This document shows, one piece after another, positions 18,036 to 25,596 of a stretch of 64,000 nt of DNA. The stretch spans positions 17,242-81,241 of the forward strand of contig CAWHMC010000013.1 in NCBI GenBank assembly GCA_963830445.1, read 5' to 3'. The translations under genes and the position numbers were made by a program. The notes under the pieces are model-generated. The model was not told the origin of the DNA. It did not search any database and worked only from the letters and a program-made list of their open reading frames with translations. Each line of letters opens with the position of its first letter. Positions within the stretch are counted from its first letter, which is position 1. This stretch comes from an uncultured archaeon (lineage in GTDB: Archaea; Micrarchaeota; Micrarchaeia; Micrarchaeales; CABMGC01).

Positions 18036-18316
18036 TGGAGTTTAGAGAGTTTTACAGTATCAACAAGCAGTACCCCGTGAAGCGTGTGCAGCTTCTGCTC
18101 ATAGTCATTACTAACCTGTGCACCATCCTCTCCGTAGTAGTAGGGAACGTGATAGTGGCGATGGAATTGTCGGTTATCGTAGCCCTATTCGTATCCACTG
18201 TGCCGCTGCGGAAGGCGCGCCTGGGGCTTGCAAGCGTAAACACGTTAAGCCTGCTTCTCTTGGTCAGCGTCTTTGTTCTTTTTACGGCACTGGCTTCGCG
18301 TGTAGTAGTATTATGA
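18032..18316 (+). CDS. Small three-TM membrane protein
   Basis: 94 aa with a GTGA overlap with the upstream stop. Three hydrophobic segments. It is the last gene of the operon. Confidence 0.45.
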   Translation: MMEFREFYSINKQYPVKRVQLLLIVITNLCTILSVVVGNVIVAMELSVIVALFVSTVPLRKARLGLASVNTLSLLLLVSVFVLFTALASRVVVL

Positions 18317-18344
18317 CCGCTTGCGTAAGATATTTATATCTGAA

Positions 18345-18370
18345 CATTTAACCATTTAAATGGTTAAATG
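18345..18370. promoter_or_regulatory. Perfect 26-nt palindrome (candidate VapB operator) downstream of a TATA box
   Basis: CATTTAACCATTTAAATGGTTAAATG equals its own reverse complement. TATTTATAT at 18331-18339 precedes it, and the vapB GTG is at 18379. Confidence 0.5.
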
Positions 18371-18378
18371 GCGATAGT

Positions 18379-18630
18379 GTGGTAAAAACGACAATTAATC
18401 TCGATTCGGAAGTATATGCGGCGCTGGTGAGCGAAGCTGTCAAGAAATACGGCACCACTAAGACGCTATCAAAACTTATCAATGAGAAGTTGCGTTCAAA
18501 ACATTCCAGTAATAGTAAGCGCGCTTTTGAGGAGGCCTTCGGCTGCTGGCCTATGAAGGAAACAGGTAGCGAGTATACAAGACGGCTTAGGAAGGATTTT
18601 GAAAAACGTTCTAGGAGGCTGGGGCTGTGA
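18379..18630 (+). CDS. vapB: VapB-type antitoxin
   Basis: MVKTTINLDSEVYAALVSEA is an antitoxin-like N-terminus. 4-nt overlap with the PIN gene. Confidence 0.6.
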   Translation: MVKTTINLDSEVYAALVSEAVKKYGTTKTLSKLINEKLRSKHSSNSKRAFEEAFGCWPMKETGSEYTRRLRKDFEKRSRRLGL

Positions 18631-19010
18631 GTTATTTTGTAGTAGATACCAGCGTATTGATAGATTATTTGCGCGGTTTCGGGGAGTCCCAGGGGATTAT
18701 GGAGAGGGTAAAGAACGGGGAGATTCAGGCAGGTATATCAACACTCACCCAGACGGAGCTCTTTTCAGGCAAGGGTTCAGAAGTTGAGCAGACAAGGAGG
18801 AAGATAGAAAATGTGCTTGAGTTCTTTGTGAAGATTAACGTTGATGAACAGGTTGCAATAAAAGCAGGAGAATTTAGGAGGAGATACGACGTCGGGATAC
18901 CGGATGCGATAATAGCCGCGACCGCGTTCATATCAAACGCAAAACTGCTCACCTGCGATAGGTCAGATTTTGGCAAGATCAAAGAGATAGAAGCGGAGAA
19001 ACCCTACTGA
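18627..19010 (+). CDS. vapC: PIN-domain toxin VapC
   Basis: FVVDTSVLIDYL, TELFSG, IPDAIIAATA and LTCDRSDF match the conserved PIN acidic residues. Confidence 0.85.
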   Translation: MSYFVVDTSVLIDYLRGFGESQGIMERVKNGEIQAGISTLTQTELFSGKGSEVEQTRRKIENVLEFFVKINVDEQVAIKAGEFRRRYDVGIPDAIIAATAFISNAKLLTCDRSDFGKIKEIEAEKPY

Positions 19011-19014
19011 TCCT

Positions 19015-20244
19015 TCAGAGGACGGCAAGTCTCTTCTGGTAGATCATCCTCTTGAGCAATTTCCCGTTCCTCATCCACACCGGAATCGGGATCTCCAGTT
19101 TTGTCGAGGCATAAGCCAAAGCGCTGTTGATGTCCGAGAATATCTTGGGCTCTGTCCGCAGCGCCTCGCGAACGTGCTCACGCACATTCCAGACGCCCAC
19201 AGGCATTATGTATCCAGGATGCACCTCGCGCAGTATCAGGACCTTTGCCTGGGCCTTGTGGCGCTCCAGAAGTTCGCCTACTGCCAGGCGGGCGGCGTAG
19301 TAGCAGCCCCCGATCTCGGCGTAGCTCCTGCGGCCGTCGAATGACTCGTAGGAGGCGCCCATGTCTATCTCTGTGCTGTTCATGTTCCAGGTGGTGTTGG
19401 GGTACCAGGCCTCCATCGACTCGTACTCCCAGGAGCCCGGCACCATTATTATCTCCCAGCGGTTGTCCAGGGCGATGAGCTCGTACACGCGCACAGCATC
19501 AAGGGGCGGGTACTGCTTTATCTGCTTGAGCAGCTCCTTGCCCAGCGTGTCGTCGGTGGCGGTGATGCTCCAGCGGGTGGGCACGAAGACCCGGCGGGAC
19601 TTTCGGCCAAGCACCCCGGCGGAGAGCGCCTTCTGGATCTTGGAGACCTCGACCCCTTTCTGGTAGAGCTCCAGCATCGCGCTTGCCGCGCCCATGCTCT
19701 CGTCCAGGTACGCAGCCTCCAGGCGCCGGTCAGCCTTGCTGTTCTCCAATGTCATGGTTTCCATGGGCGCACTGGGCCCGAAGGGCTGGCTGTTCTCGCT
19801 AAATATGACCCCCTGGGTGGGCATGCGGGTGAGCTTCACGTCCATGGTGCTGTACTTCTCCGCTATCGCTATCTCCTTCACCATCTCCTCAATCCTGCCG
19901 CTGTCCACGTTCTTGACCCGGGTGCGGTGCATCCCGCGGATGAGGAGCGAGCGCATCTCGACGATCTCGGGGATGCTCTTCCCCACCCAGCGCTCCGGCG
20001 TGCCCATGATTGAGGTGTCGCCGAGCTGCGGCGGGACGAGAGGCCCGATGTAGACGTTGGGGTAGCCGATGCGGCCCACGAAGATGTCCGGAGGCGAGCT
20101 GCCATAGATCTCGTTGTTCTTTATCTGCTCCAGGGTCTTGAAGCGGAAGTAGTTCTTGAGGAAGTAGGGATTGCGCATGTTCCTGTATACGGAGCCGTCT
20201 ACGCGCACGGTGGTGGGCTGCATGCAATCAATAGTGTAGGGCAT
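19015..20244 (-). CDS. nreA: Nre-family DNA repair protein (DUF650/DUF651)
   Basis: IYGSSPPDIFVGRIGYPNVYIGPLVPP and PTRWSITATDD are as I recall for the archaeal NreA family. Length 409 aa fits. Confidence 0.65.
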   Translation of the reverse strand: MPYTIDCMQPTTVRVDGSVYRNMRNPYFLKNYFRFKTLEQIKNNEIYGSSPPDIFVGRIGYPNVYIGPLVPPQLGDTSIMGTPERWVGKSIPEIVEMRSLLIRGMHRTRVKNVDSGRIEEMVKEIAIAEKYSTMDVKLTRMPTQGVIFSENSQPFGPSAPMETMTLENSKADRRLEAAYLDESMGAASAMLELYQKGVEVSKIQKALSAGVLGRKSRRVFVPTRWSITATDDTLGKELLKQIKQYPPLDAVRVYELIALDNRWEIIMVPGSWEYESMEAWYPNTTWNMNSTEIDMGASYESFDGRRSYAEIGGCYYAARLAVGELLERHKAQAKVLILREVHPGYIMPVGVWNVREHVREALRTEPKIFSDINSALAYASTKLEIPIPVWMRNGKLLKRMIYQKRLAVL

Positions 20245-20313
20245 TGCAAATCTAAAACCAGACCGTTAATTTTATAGTCTACTAGTACAAAGTATAGACA
20301 TCGGGGTTTCCGA

Positions 20314-21408
20314 ATGGAATCAGAAGAACTACGGGGCAGACTGGCACGAGTGTTCGCACAGGCCGAAGGCGTGGAGAAGATACTGCTCATGAACACAGAC
20401 TACGGCGACCCGAACTTTTTTTACCTTACAGGATTCACCAGCGGCCTTTTCGAGTACAGCTACCTGGTAGTCGAGAAGCAGGGCATGACGCTCTTCACCT
20501 CCTCGCTCGAGTACGCTACGGCTAAGGAGCAGGCACCCAAGGGGCTCACGGTCGTACAAATGGACGATGTGAAGAAGTTCAGGGCGGAACTCAAGGAGAA
20601 GCTCGCAGGATTCCGGGTCGGAGTGAACGAGTCGTTCATCCCGTATGCTGCTTACAAGGCCATACGGCGCAGATACAGGCCAAGAAAGATGGTCGACATC
20701 TCAGAGGCCTTCTCGAAGGCGCGATTGGTCAAGAGCGAATATGAGATTGACCTGATAAAGAAGGCGGTCAAGATAACCAAGTGGGCGATGGTGCTGATAC
20801 AGAAGGACCTCAAGGAGGGGATGACAGAACTCCAGCTGGCAGCCAGATTTGATGGGATCTCAGCGGAGATAGGGTCAGAGGGACCGTCTTTCAAGACGAT
20901 AGTCTGCTTCGGCAAGAACGCTGCACTGCCCCACCACTCTCCTGATCACACGAAGCTCAAGTACGGCGACTTCGTTCTGATTGATGCGGGTGCGAAGGTA
21001 AGCAATTACTGCTCAGACATCACGCGGACTGCCCTCTTCGGGGATGACAAGAGCAGGATCCCAGATTACCAGAAGAAGGAGCGCATGCTGAGGATAGTGA
21101 AGGAGGCGCAGGTGAAGGCGATAAAGAAGATAAAGCCCGGAGTGAAAGGAGCCGCAGTCCACAGGGTCGCGCAGAAAGTGATCGACACCGCCGATAAAGG
21201 CATCTACAAGGGAACATTTATACATTCTCTAGGGCATTCTTTAGGAATAGAGGTGCATGATGGACCGGGCTTCTCGCCTGGCGCGAAACAGGTCCTGAAG
21301 CCGGGAATGATAATAACCGCAGAGCCCGGGATATACGTCGAAGGCTTCGGAGGCGTGCGCATAGAAGACGATGTGCTCGTTACCGAGACCGGAACTGAAG
21401 TAATCTGA
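20314..21408 (+). CDS. M24B Xaa-Pro aminopeptidase/dipeptidase
   Basis: LIDAGAKVSNYCSDITRT, HSLGHSLGIEVHDGP, ITAEPGIY and GGVRIEDDV match the M24 metal-ligand motifs. Confidence 0.85.
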   Translation: MESEELRGRLARVFAQAEGVEKILLMNTDYGDPNFFYLTGFTSGLFEYSYLVVEKQGMTLFTSSLEYATAKEQAPKGLTVVQMDDVKKFRAELKEKLAGFRVGVNESFIPYAAYKAIRRRYRPRKMVDISEAFSKARLVKSEYEIDLIKKAVKITKWAMVLIQKDLKEGMTELQLAARFDGISAEIGSEGPSFKTIVCFGKNAALPHHSPDHTKLKYGDFVLIDAGAKVSNYCSDITRTALFGDDKSRIPDYQKKERMLRIVKEAQVKAIKKIKPGVKGAAVHRVAQKVIDTADKGIYKGTFIHSLGHSLGIEVHDGPGFSPGAKQVLKPGMIITAEPGIYVEGFGGVRIEDDVLVTETGTEVI

Positions 21409-21409
21409 G

Positions 21410-21482
21410 GGGGAGTTATGCTAGCTTGGTAGGCTACCACCTTCGGGAGGTGGTGACACGAGTTCAAATCTCGTACTCCCCA
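21410..21482 (+). tRNA. tRNA-Pro (anticodon CGG)
   Basis: Acceptor GGGGAGT/ACTCCCC, anticodon stem CCACC/GGTGG with loop TTCGGGA, T arm ACGAG-TTCAAAT-CTCGT. No encoded CCA. It starts 2 nt after the peptidase stop. The 10:25 pair is U:U. Confidence 0.8.
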
Positions 21483-21503
21483 AATTTACTTCAGGATGAG
21501 ACG

Positions 21504-21767
21504 CTACTTGTTCTTGTAGATCAGCTTGTAGGCCAGCATTATCGTCATCATCAAAAAGCCCAGGCTTCCGGAGATCATCAGTGGGATGCTTGAGATGCCG
21601 ACTCCGTATACGAAGAAGAGGAGCTGCCCAGCGTCGAGTATGACGATCCACGCTTCGGAGAGGTCTCGCGTGTGCTTCGACCTTATGGTCTTTACTACCT
21701 CAGGAATATATGCGATCGTGACCAGCGCGCTCGCAACCAGGCCTATTATTGTGTTCCAGTCAGTCAT
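21504..21767 (-). CDS. SemiSWEET/PQ-loop family small transporter candidate
   Basis: 87 aa with three TM helices. IAYIPEVVKTIRSKHTRDLS resembles the PQ-loop motif, with PE in place of PQ. Confidence 0.55.
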   Translation of the reverse strand: MTDWNTIIGLVASALVTIAYIPEVVKTIRSKHTRDLSEAWIVILDAGQLLFFVYGVGISSIPLMISGSLGFLMMTIMLAYKLIYKNK

Positions 21768-21837
21768 GTCAATACCGCGGTCTGTTCAATCGGATAGGAA
21801 TAGATACATAAAAACTTAAATGCTCGGGTAACTTGGG

Positions 21838-22314
21838 TCACTTCTTGCGCTTGCTCCTCGCACTGGCCGCTTTCGCTTCCTGCTTGACCTTCTCAGTGGC
21901 CTCCTTTATCCGCTCTACCTCCTCTCCCCTGACCAGACCCTTCTCATAGGCCTTCGCGAGCCTGCTGGCAGCGAGCGCACCGCCTATCGCGCCGCCGATA
22001 ACCATCATGAAGGTCGTTAGGACAGTTAGGAGCAGGGGATTCGAATAAAATATGGAGAGGTATATGGCCAGCGTCTGCCCGAAGATTCCTCCGCCGGTAA
22101 TCATGGTGAGCGGCTGGTTTATGGCTGCCGTAAGCGTGATTAGGTTGCCAACTATGCCCACAATTGCGCCTACCGCTATGCCGCGGAGAGGCTTCCTCAC
22201 GATGTAGCCTATCACTACTCCGATGATTAGCGGACTGAGGATCGGCACCCACCTGGCCACCAGCATCATGATGAGACCTAGTAACACGCCCGCCCAGATC
22301 CTCCAATTTTGCAT
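21838..22314 (-). CDS. Polytopic membrane protein with Lys-rich C-terminal tail
   Basis: Four to five Gly/Ile/Leu-rich hydrophobic segments, then a charged helical tail EEVERIKEATEKVKQEAKAASARSKRKK. Confidence 0.5.
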   Translation of the reverse strand: MQNWRIWAGVLLGLIMMLVARWVPILSPLIIGVVIGYIVRKPLRGIAVGAIVGIVGNLITLTAAINQPLTMITGGGIFGQTLAIYLSIFYSNPLLLTVLTTFMMVIGGAIGGALAASRLAKAYEKGLVRGEEVERIKEATEKVKQEAKAASARSKRKK

Positions 22315-22371
22315 GATACCAGTATCATCACAAAGTAGTTAAATCCATTAGCCCAATAAATTTATGATTTC

Positions 22372-23244
22372 ATGGTGGTCATCGCCGGGCTCGGATTGGG
22401 AAAGATAGTTGCGATAATCGTAGTCATAATTATGGCAGGAGGAGTGGGCGTGCTGTACCTGAACTCGCAGCATGCGATCAGCAGAACCCTTCCCAGCTTC
22501 CAAAACACGAACGGCACGGTGCCCCAGGCGTTCAGGTCCATCTCGACTTCCTCGGAGTCCCGGGCCACTCTGACGCTGGCGACTCTCACCCAGACGCACC
22601 TCTCGAACGCTTCGCAGTTCGGCATCTCCTATACGGGCAGCATCGCTGCAGCGGGAGAGGGGCTCACGAGCCTGCTCTCGCTCGACTCGCCGCTCTACGC
22701 CAACTACTCCAGCTACGGCAGCGAATTGCGGTTCAGCCTGAACGCGACCGGCGTGCCGGTGCTCGGTGCCGCCCAGCTCGCATTCTTCAACCTCAGTGGC
22801 GGGGAGTATGTGTGCACCAATCTCAATGCTACTGCGCTCACGTCCGGGAACCTGCCCGGCGCGGTGCTCGGGAATAAGGCCACCTCCTGCGCAAAAGGGA
22901 ACAGCCTGGCTGGGGTGAACCTGGCGCAGGTGGCCGCGTTCAACTTCTCGCAGCTGAACTCAGAGGGTGTCCAGATGGGCAGCTACACTGTGTACCAGAG
23001 CGTCTACGACGGGACGCCGTGCACCTATCTAACCGTGCCCCTGTCCATGCAGTACGCCAACGGGACGCAGTACGAGCAGGGTAGCCTGGGCATCTGCTAC
23101 TCCGACACCTACTATGTGCCATTGAGCCTCGGCGCCTACCTCTCCGGCAGCAAGTTCTCGTTCTCGCTTGTGCTTAACGAGAGCTCCATCTCGAGCATCG
23201 TGCCGAGGGGATATGTGGAGAGCCTACCGGGCCCTGTGAACTGA
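22372..23244 (+). CDS. N-terminally anchored extracellular glycoprotein
   Basis: TM IVAIIVVIIMAGGVGVLYL, then a Ser/Thr/Asn/Leu-rich ectodomain with many N-x-S/T sequons and four Cys. Confidence 0.5.
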   Translation: MVVIAGLGLGKIVAIIVVIIMAGGVGVLYLNSQHAISRTLPSFQNTNGTVPQAFRSISTSSESRATLTLATLTQTHLSNASQFGISYTGSIAAAGEGLTSLLSLDSPLYANYSSYGSELRFSLNATGVPVLGAAQLAFFNLSGGEYVCTNLNATALTSGNLPGAVLGNKATSCAKGNSLAGVNLAQVAAFNFSQLNSEGVQMGSYTVYQSVYDGTPCTYLTVPLSMQYANGTQYEQGSLGICYSDTYYVPLSLGAYLSGSKFSFSLVLNESSISSIVPRGYVESLPGPVN

Positions 23245-23262
23245 CTGCAGGCCGAAGAAGGA

Positions 23263-24282
23263 TTAGCGCGGAGCTCCGTCCGCCTTGGCGGGCTTGGCCT
23301 GGTCCACGCCGTAGTTCTCGAACTTGACCGAGTTGTTCTTCAGGTACTCGAAGCGGCGGCGCGCATCGGTCACGCTCATCTTGATTATGTGCTCGCTCTT
23401 CTTGTGTATGATGTTCAGCGGGGGGATCTTGTAGGCCACGTTGTCGTCAAGTACGAAGCGCTCGTGCTGCTCGCCCGTGTCCTCCCTGCTCATCAGCTTT
23501 ACCTCGAACGGGATGCCCAGGTTCTGGAGCTCGCTCTTGAGGTCGCGGTAGTTGTTGCCGAAGTTCGAGTCCAGCATCTCTGCGGAGGTGATCACGGTGA
23601 AGGACTTCACGCGCGAGGTGTCGGAGGGTATCAGGCGGCTGAGGTTCGCGAGCGCGGCGGAGTTGAAGTGCTTGTCCACAATCTGTATCTCGCCCACCAG
23701 GGTGTCGAAGAGCTCCTCCTTCAGGCGGACCAGATTGCTGTAGGGCGTGGAGGGGTTGATGCTGATGCCGCGGTTGGTGTTGCGGTTGGTCACCGGGCTG
23801 CGCATGCGGTACTCCAGGTAGAGGTCGAAGACCACGCAGATGCCAATCGCGAGGTAGGTGAGGTAGAGGTGCGTGCTGTAGAAGCTCGTGGCAAAGGTGT
23901 AGTGTATTATGAGGAGTATCATCACGTAGACTATGGCCAGGGTCAGGTGTATGGGCACGTAGCGGTGGACGAAGCCTTCGTAGCGGCTCTCGCCGTAGAT
24001 GAACAGGGTGAAGGCGAGCAGCGCCATGAGGGCGCCGATGCCCGCGAGGAAGTAGGATTCCAGCACCGTCTGCTGAAGCAGGCCCACCTGGCCGGCGACC
24101 CACTGGAACACAGGTATGATCGTGGTGTTGTAGGCCGAGGCCTGGAGGCTGGCTGCGACCCCGTAGCCCTCGTTGAGCGCGAAGACCTGGACAGAGTAGA
24201 TGCCGTTGCCCAGGAGCACCAGCGAAGCTGTGATGAGCAGTATGCTGATCGTTTTGTTATCGTAGAGCTGCTTCGAGTCCAT
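23263..24282 (-). CDS. Membrane protein (about 5 TM) with C-terminal soluble PLD-like/MIT_C-like module
   Basis: N-terminal hydrophobic segments. The C-terminal EIQIVDKHF...FTVITS...GEQHERFVLDDNVAYKIPPLNII resembles the xDPYx...HDRxI...GxGLD pattern of MIT_C-type PLD-fold domains. Confidence 0.4.
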   Translation of the reverse strand: MDSKQLYDNKTISILLITASLVLLGNGIYSVQVFALNEGYGVAASLQASAYNTTIIPVFQWVAGQVGLLQQTVLESYFLAGIGALMALLAFTLFIYGESRYEGFVHRYVPIHLTLAIVYVMILLIIHYTFATSFYSTHLYLTYLAIGICVVFDLYLEYRMRSPVTNRNTNRGISINPSTPYSNLVRLKEELFDTLVGEIQIVDKHFNSAALANLSRLIPSDTSRVKSFTVITSAEMLDSNFGNNYRDLKSELQNLGIPFEVKLMSREDTGEQHERFVLDDNVAYKIPPLNIIHKKSEHIIKMSVTDARRRFEYLKNNSVKFENYGVDQAKPAKADGAPR

Positions 24283-24372
24283 GATCTAGTATGCGAAATA
24301 AAGGTATTAATACCTGCCATGCAACTTTCGGTTCCTGCGCCTGTGCTCTCGAAGTTCTGCGTCGGATTAACG

Positions 24373-24380
24373 TTTATATA
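24373..24380 (+). promoter_or_regulatory. TATA box of rpl29-SUI1
   Basis: TTTATATA ends 35 nt upstream of ATG 24415. Confidence 0.4.
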
Positions 24381-24414
24381 CCTTCTTGCGCATAATATAC
24401 AATACGTGATATTT

Positions 24415-24612
24415 ATGAGGATTAAAGAACTACGCGCACTGTCAAGCGAGGACCTGAAGCGCAAGCTCAAGGAGCTGGACCTGGAGGTCGGCATCGAGAG
24501 GCGCAAGGTCGCGGCAACCGGAGTCTCGAGCAAGAAGGTGAAGCTCCGGGAGATGAAGAGGACGGCGGCGAAGATCCTGACCCTACTTACAGAACGAGGT
24601 GCGGCAGCCTAA
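24415..24612 (+). CDS. rpl29: 50S ribosomal protein uL29
   Basis: MRIKELRALSSEDLKRKLKELDLEV is the canonical L29 N-terminus, 65 aa. It is the C-terminal tail of a long spurious track ORF (23389-24612). Confidence 0.85.
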   Translation: MRIKELRALSSEDLKRKLKELDLEVGIERRKVAATGVSSKKVKLREMKRTAAKILTLLTERGAAA

Positions 24613-24917
24613 TGCCTGACATCTGTCCTAAATGCGGTCTCCCTAAGGAGATCTGCGTATGCGACGTTCTTAACAAGGAGACTAACCGACGTATAAAGGT
24701 TTATACGGAACGCAAGAAGTTCAAGAAATACATGACCGTAGTGTCGGGTCTGTCCGGCGACGAGATGGAGAAGACGGCCAAGGAGCTCAAGCACAAGCTG
24801 GCCTGCGGCGGAACCTCGAAGAACGGCATGATAGAGCTGCAGGGAGAGCACAAGGACGAGGTCAAGAAGGCGCTCCTGGAGCTGGGCTACCCGCAGGAGA
24901 GCATCGACGCCGCTTAA
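24612..24917 (+). CDS. sui1: Translation initiation factor aSUI1 (eIF1 homologue)
   Basis: Zinc knuckle CPKCGLPKEICVC, then RIKVYTERKKFKKYMTVVSGL...LKHKLACGGTSKNGMIELQGEH. Confidence 0.9.
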   Translation: MPDICPKCGLPKEICVCDVLNKETNRRIKVYTERKKFKKYMTVVSGLSGDEMEKTAKELKHKLACGGTSKNGMIELQGEHKDEVKKALLELGYPQESIDAA

Positions 24918-24921
24918 CTCA

Positions 24922-25596
24922 CTACAAGTCCTTCAGCAATTTTAGTAATTCAACCGCACGCTTAGGGTTGCCCCTTCCTATGGGAAAGTAACAGGGTATG
25001 ACACGCGTCCTGAATTTATTTATTTCTACTTCGTAGGAGGCCAGTTTTCCGTCTCTGATGGAGCGTTCGTAGTACTCGGAAAGCTTGATCTTGTTTTTAG
25101 TAAGGTTCTCGAACGGTATCAGTCCAAACGTGAGAACGTATTCGGGCTTTACGATGGAGATCTCTTCTTCCAGTAGGGGCAGGAACAGTTTTATCTTCTG
25201 TGCATCCGGAAGCGTTGCGTCGCTCCCGGTCCACTTCACTATGTTTGTAATGTAAAGTCTCCTTTTCTTCAGGGACTGGAGGACGCTATTGCTAAAGTCT
25301 ACGTCCCAGGTTGAACAGGCGTTTATCTCGTCAAGAAGCTCTTTGTCGAACAGACCAGCTTTGTAGAAGATATTCCAGATGTTCTTTGTTCCTACAAAAG
25401 GATATCTCGGGCCTTTCCAGTCCTTTGAGGAACTTATGTTTCTGTGGGTTGGATTGATAAAAACAAACATGATTTTTGGATTCTTCAGCTCTCCGTTTCC
25501 TAGTATCGGCAGGAGGGCGTTATCCGGGAAGTATTTGTGGTTTAATTCTTGCACCCTCCGCCATAATCGTTCTAGCTCCTTTGACTCGTCCATCAT
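24922..25596 (-). CDS. Uracil-DNA glycosylase superfamily protein (family 4/5-like)
   Basis: KIMFVFINPT (motif A region), KAGLF, LYITNIVKW, P-loop-less core, and a C-terminal IPCYFPIGRGNP. Start set to the ATG at 25596, which forms an ATGA overlap with the nth stop. Confidence 0.65.
   Translation of the reverse strand: MMDESKELERLWRRVQELNHKYFPDNALLPILGNGELKNPKIMFVFINPTHRNISSSKDWKGPRYPFVGTKNIWNIFYKAGLFDKELLDEINACSTWDVDFSNSVLQSLKKRRLYITNIVKWTGSDATLPDAQKIKLFLPLLEEEISIVKPEYVLTFGLIPFENLTKNKIKLSEYYERSIRDGKLASYEVEINKFRTRVIPCYFPIGRGNPKRAVELLKLLKDL

Noticed and set aside
11300-21500. Idea that KaiC-HEPN, the VirB-like operon and vapBC form an integrated conjugative element inserted at tRNA-Pro
   Set aside because: I could not find an integrase, relaxase or coupling protein, nor a direct repeat of the tRNA-Pro 3-prime end. 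nreA and the M24 peptidase lie between the operon and the tRNA. The idea is kept only as something a repeat search could revisit.
23389-24414. First ~340 codons of the 407-aa plus-strand ORF 23389-24612
   Set aside because: It is antisense to the membrane/PLD-like gene, and the Val/Glu/His/Gly-rich translation is typical of GC-rich antisense frames. Only the last 65 codons (rpl29, own TATA box and ATG 24415) are real.
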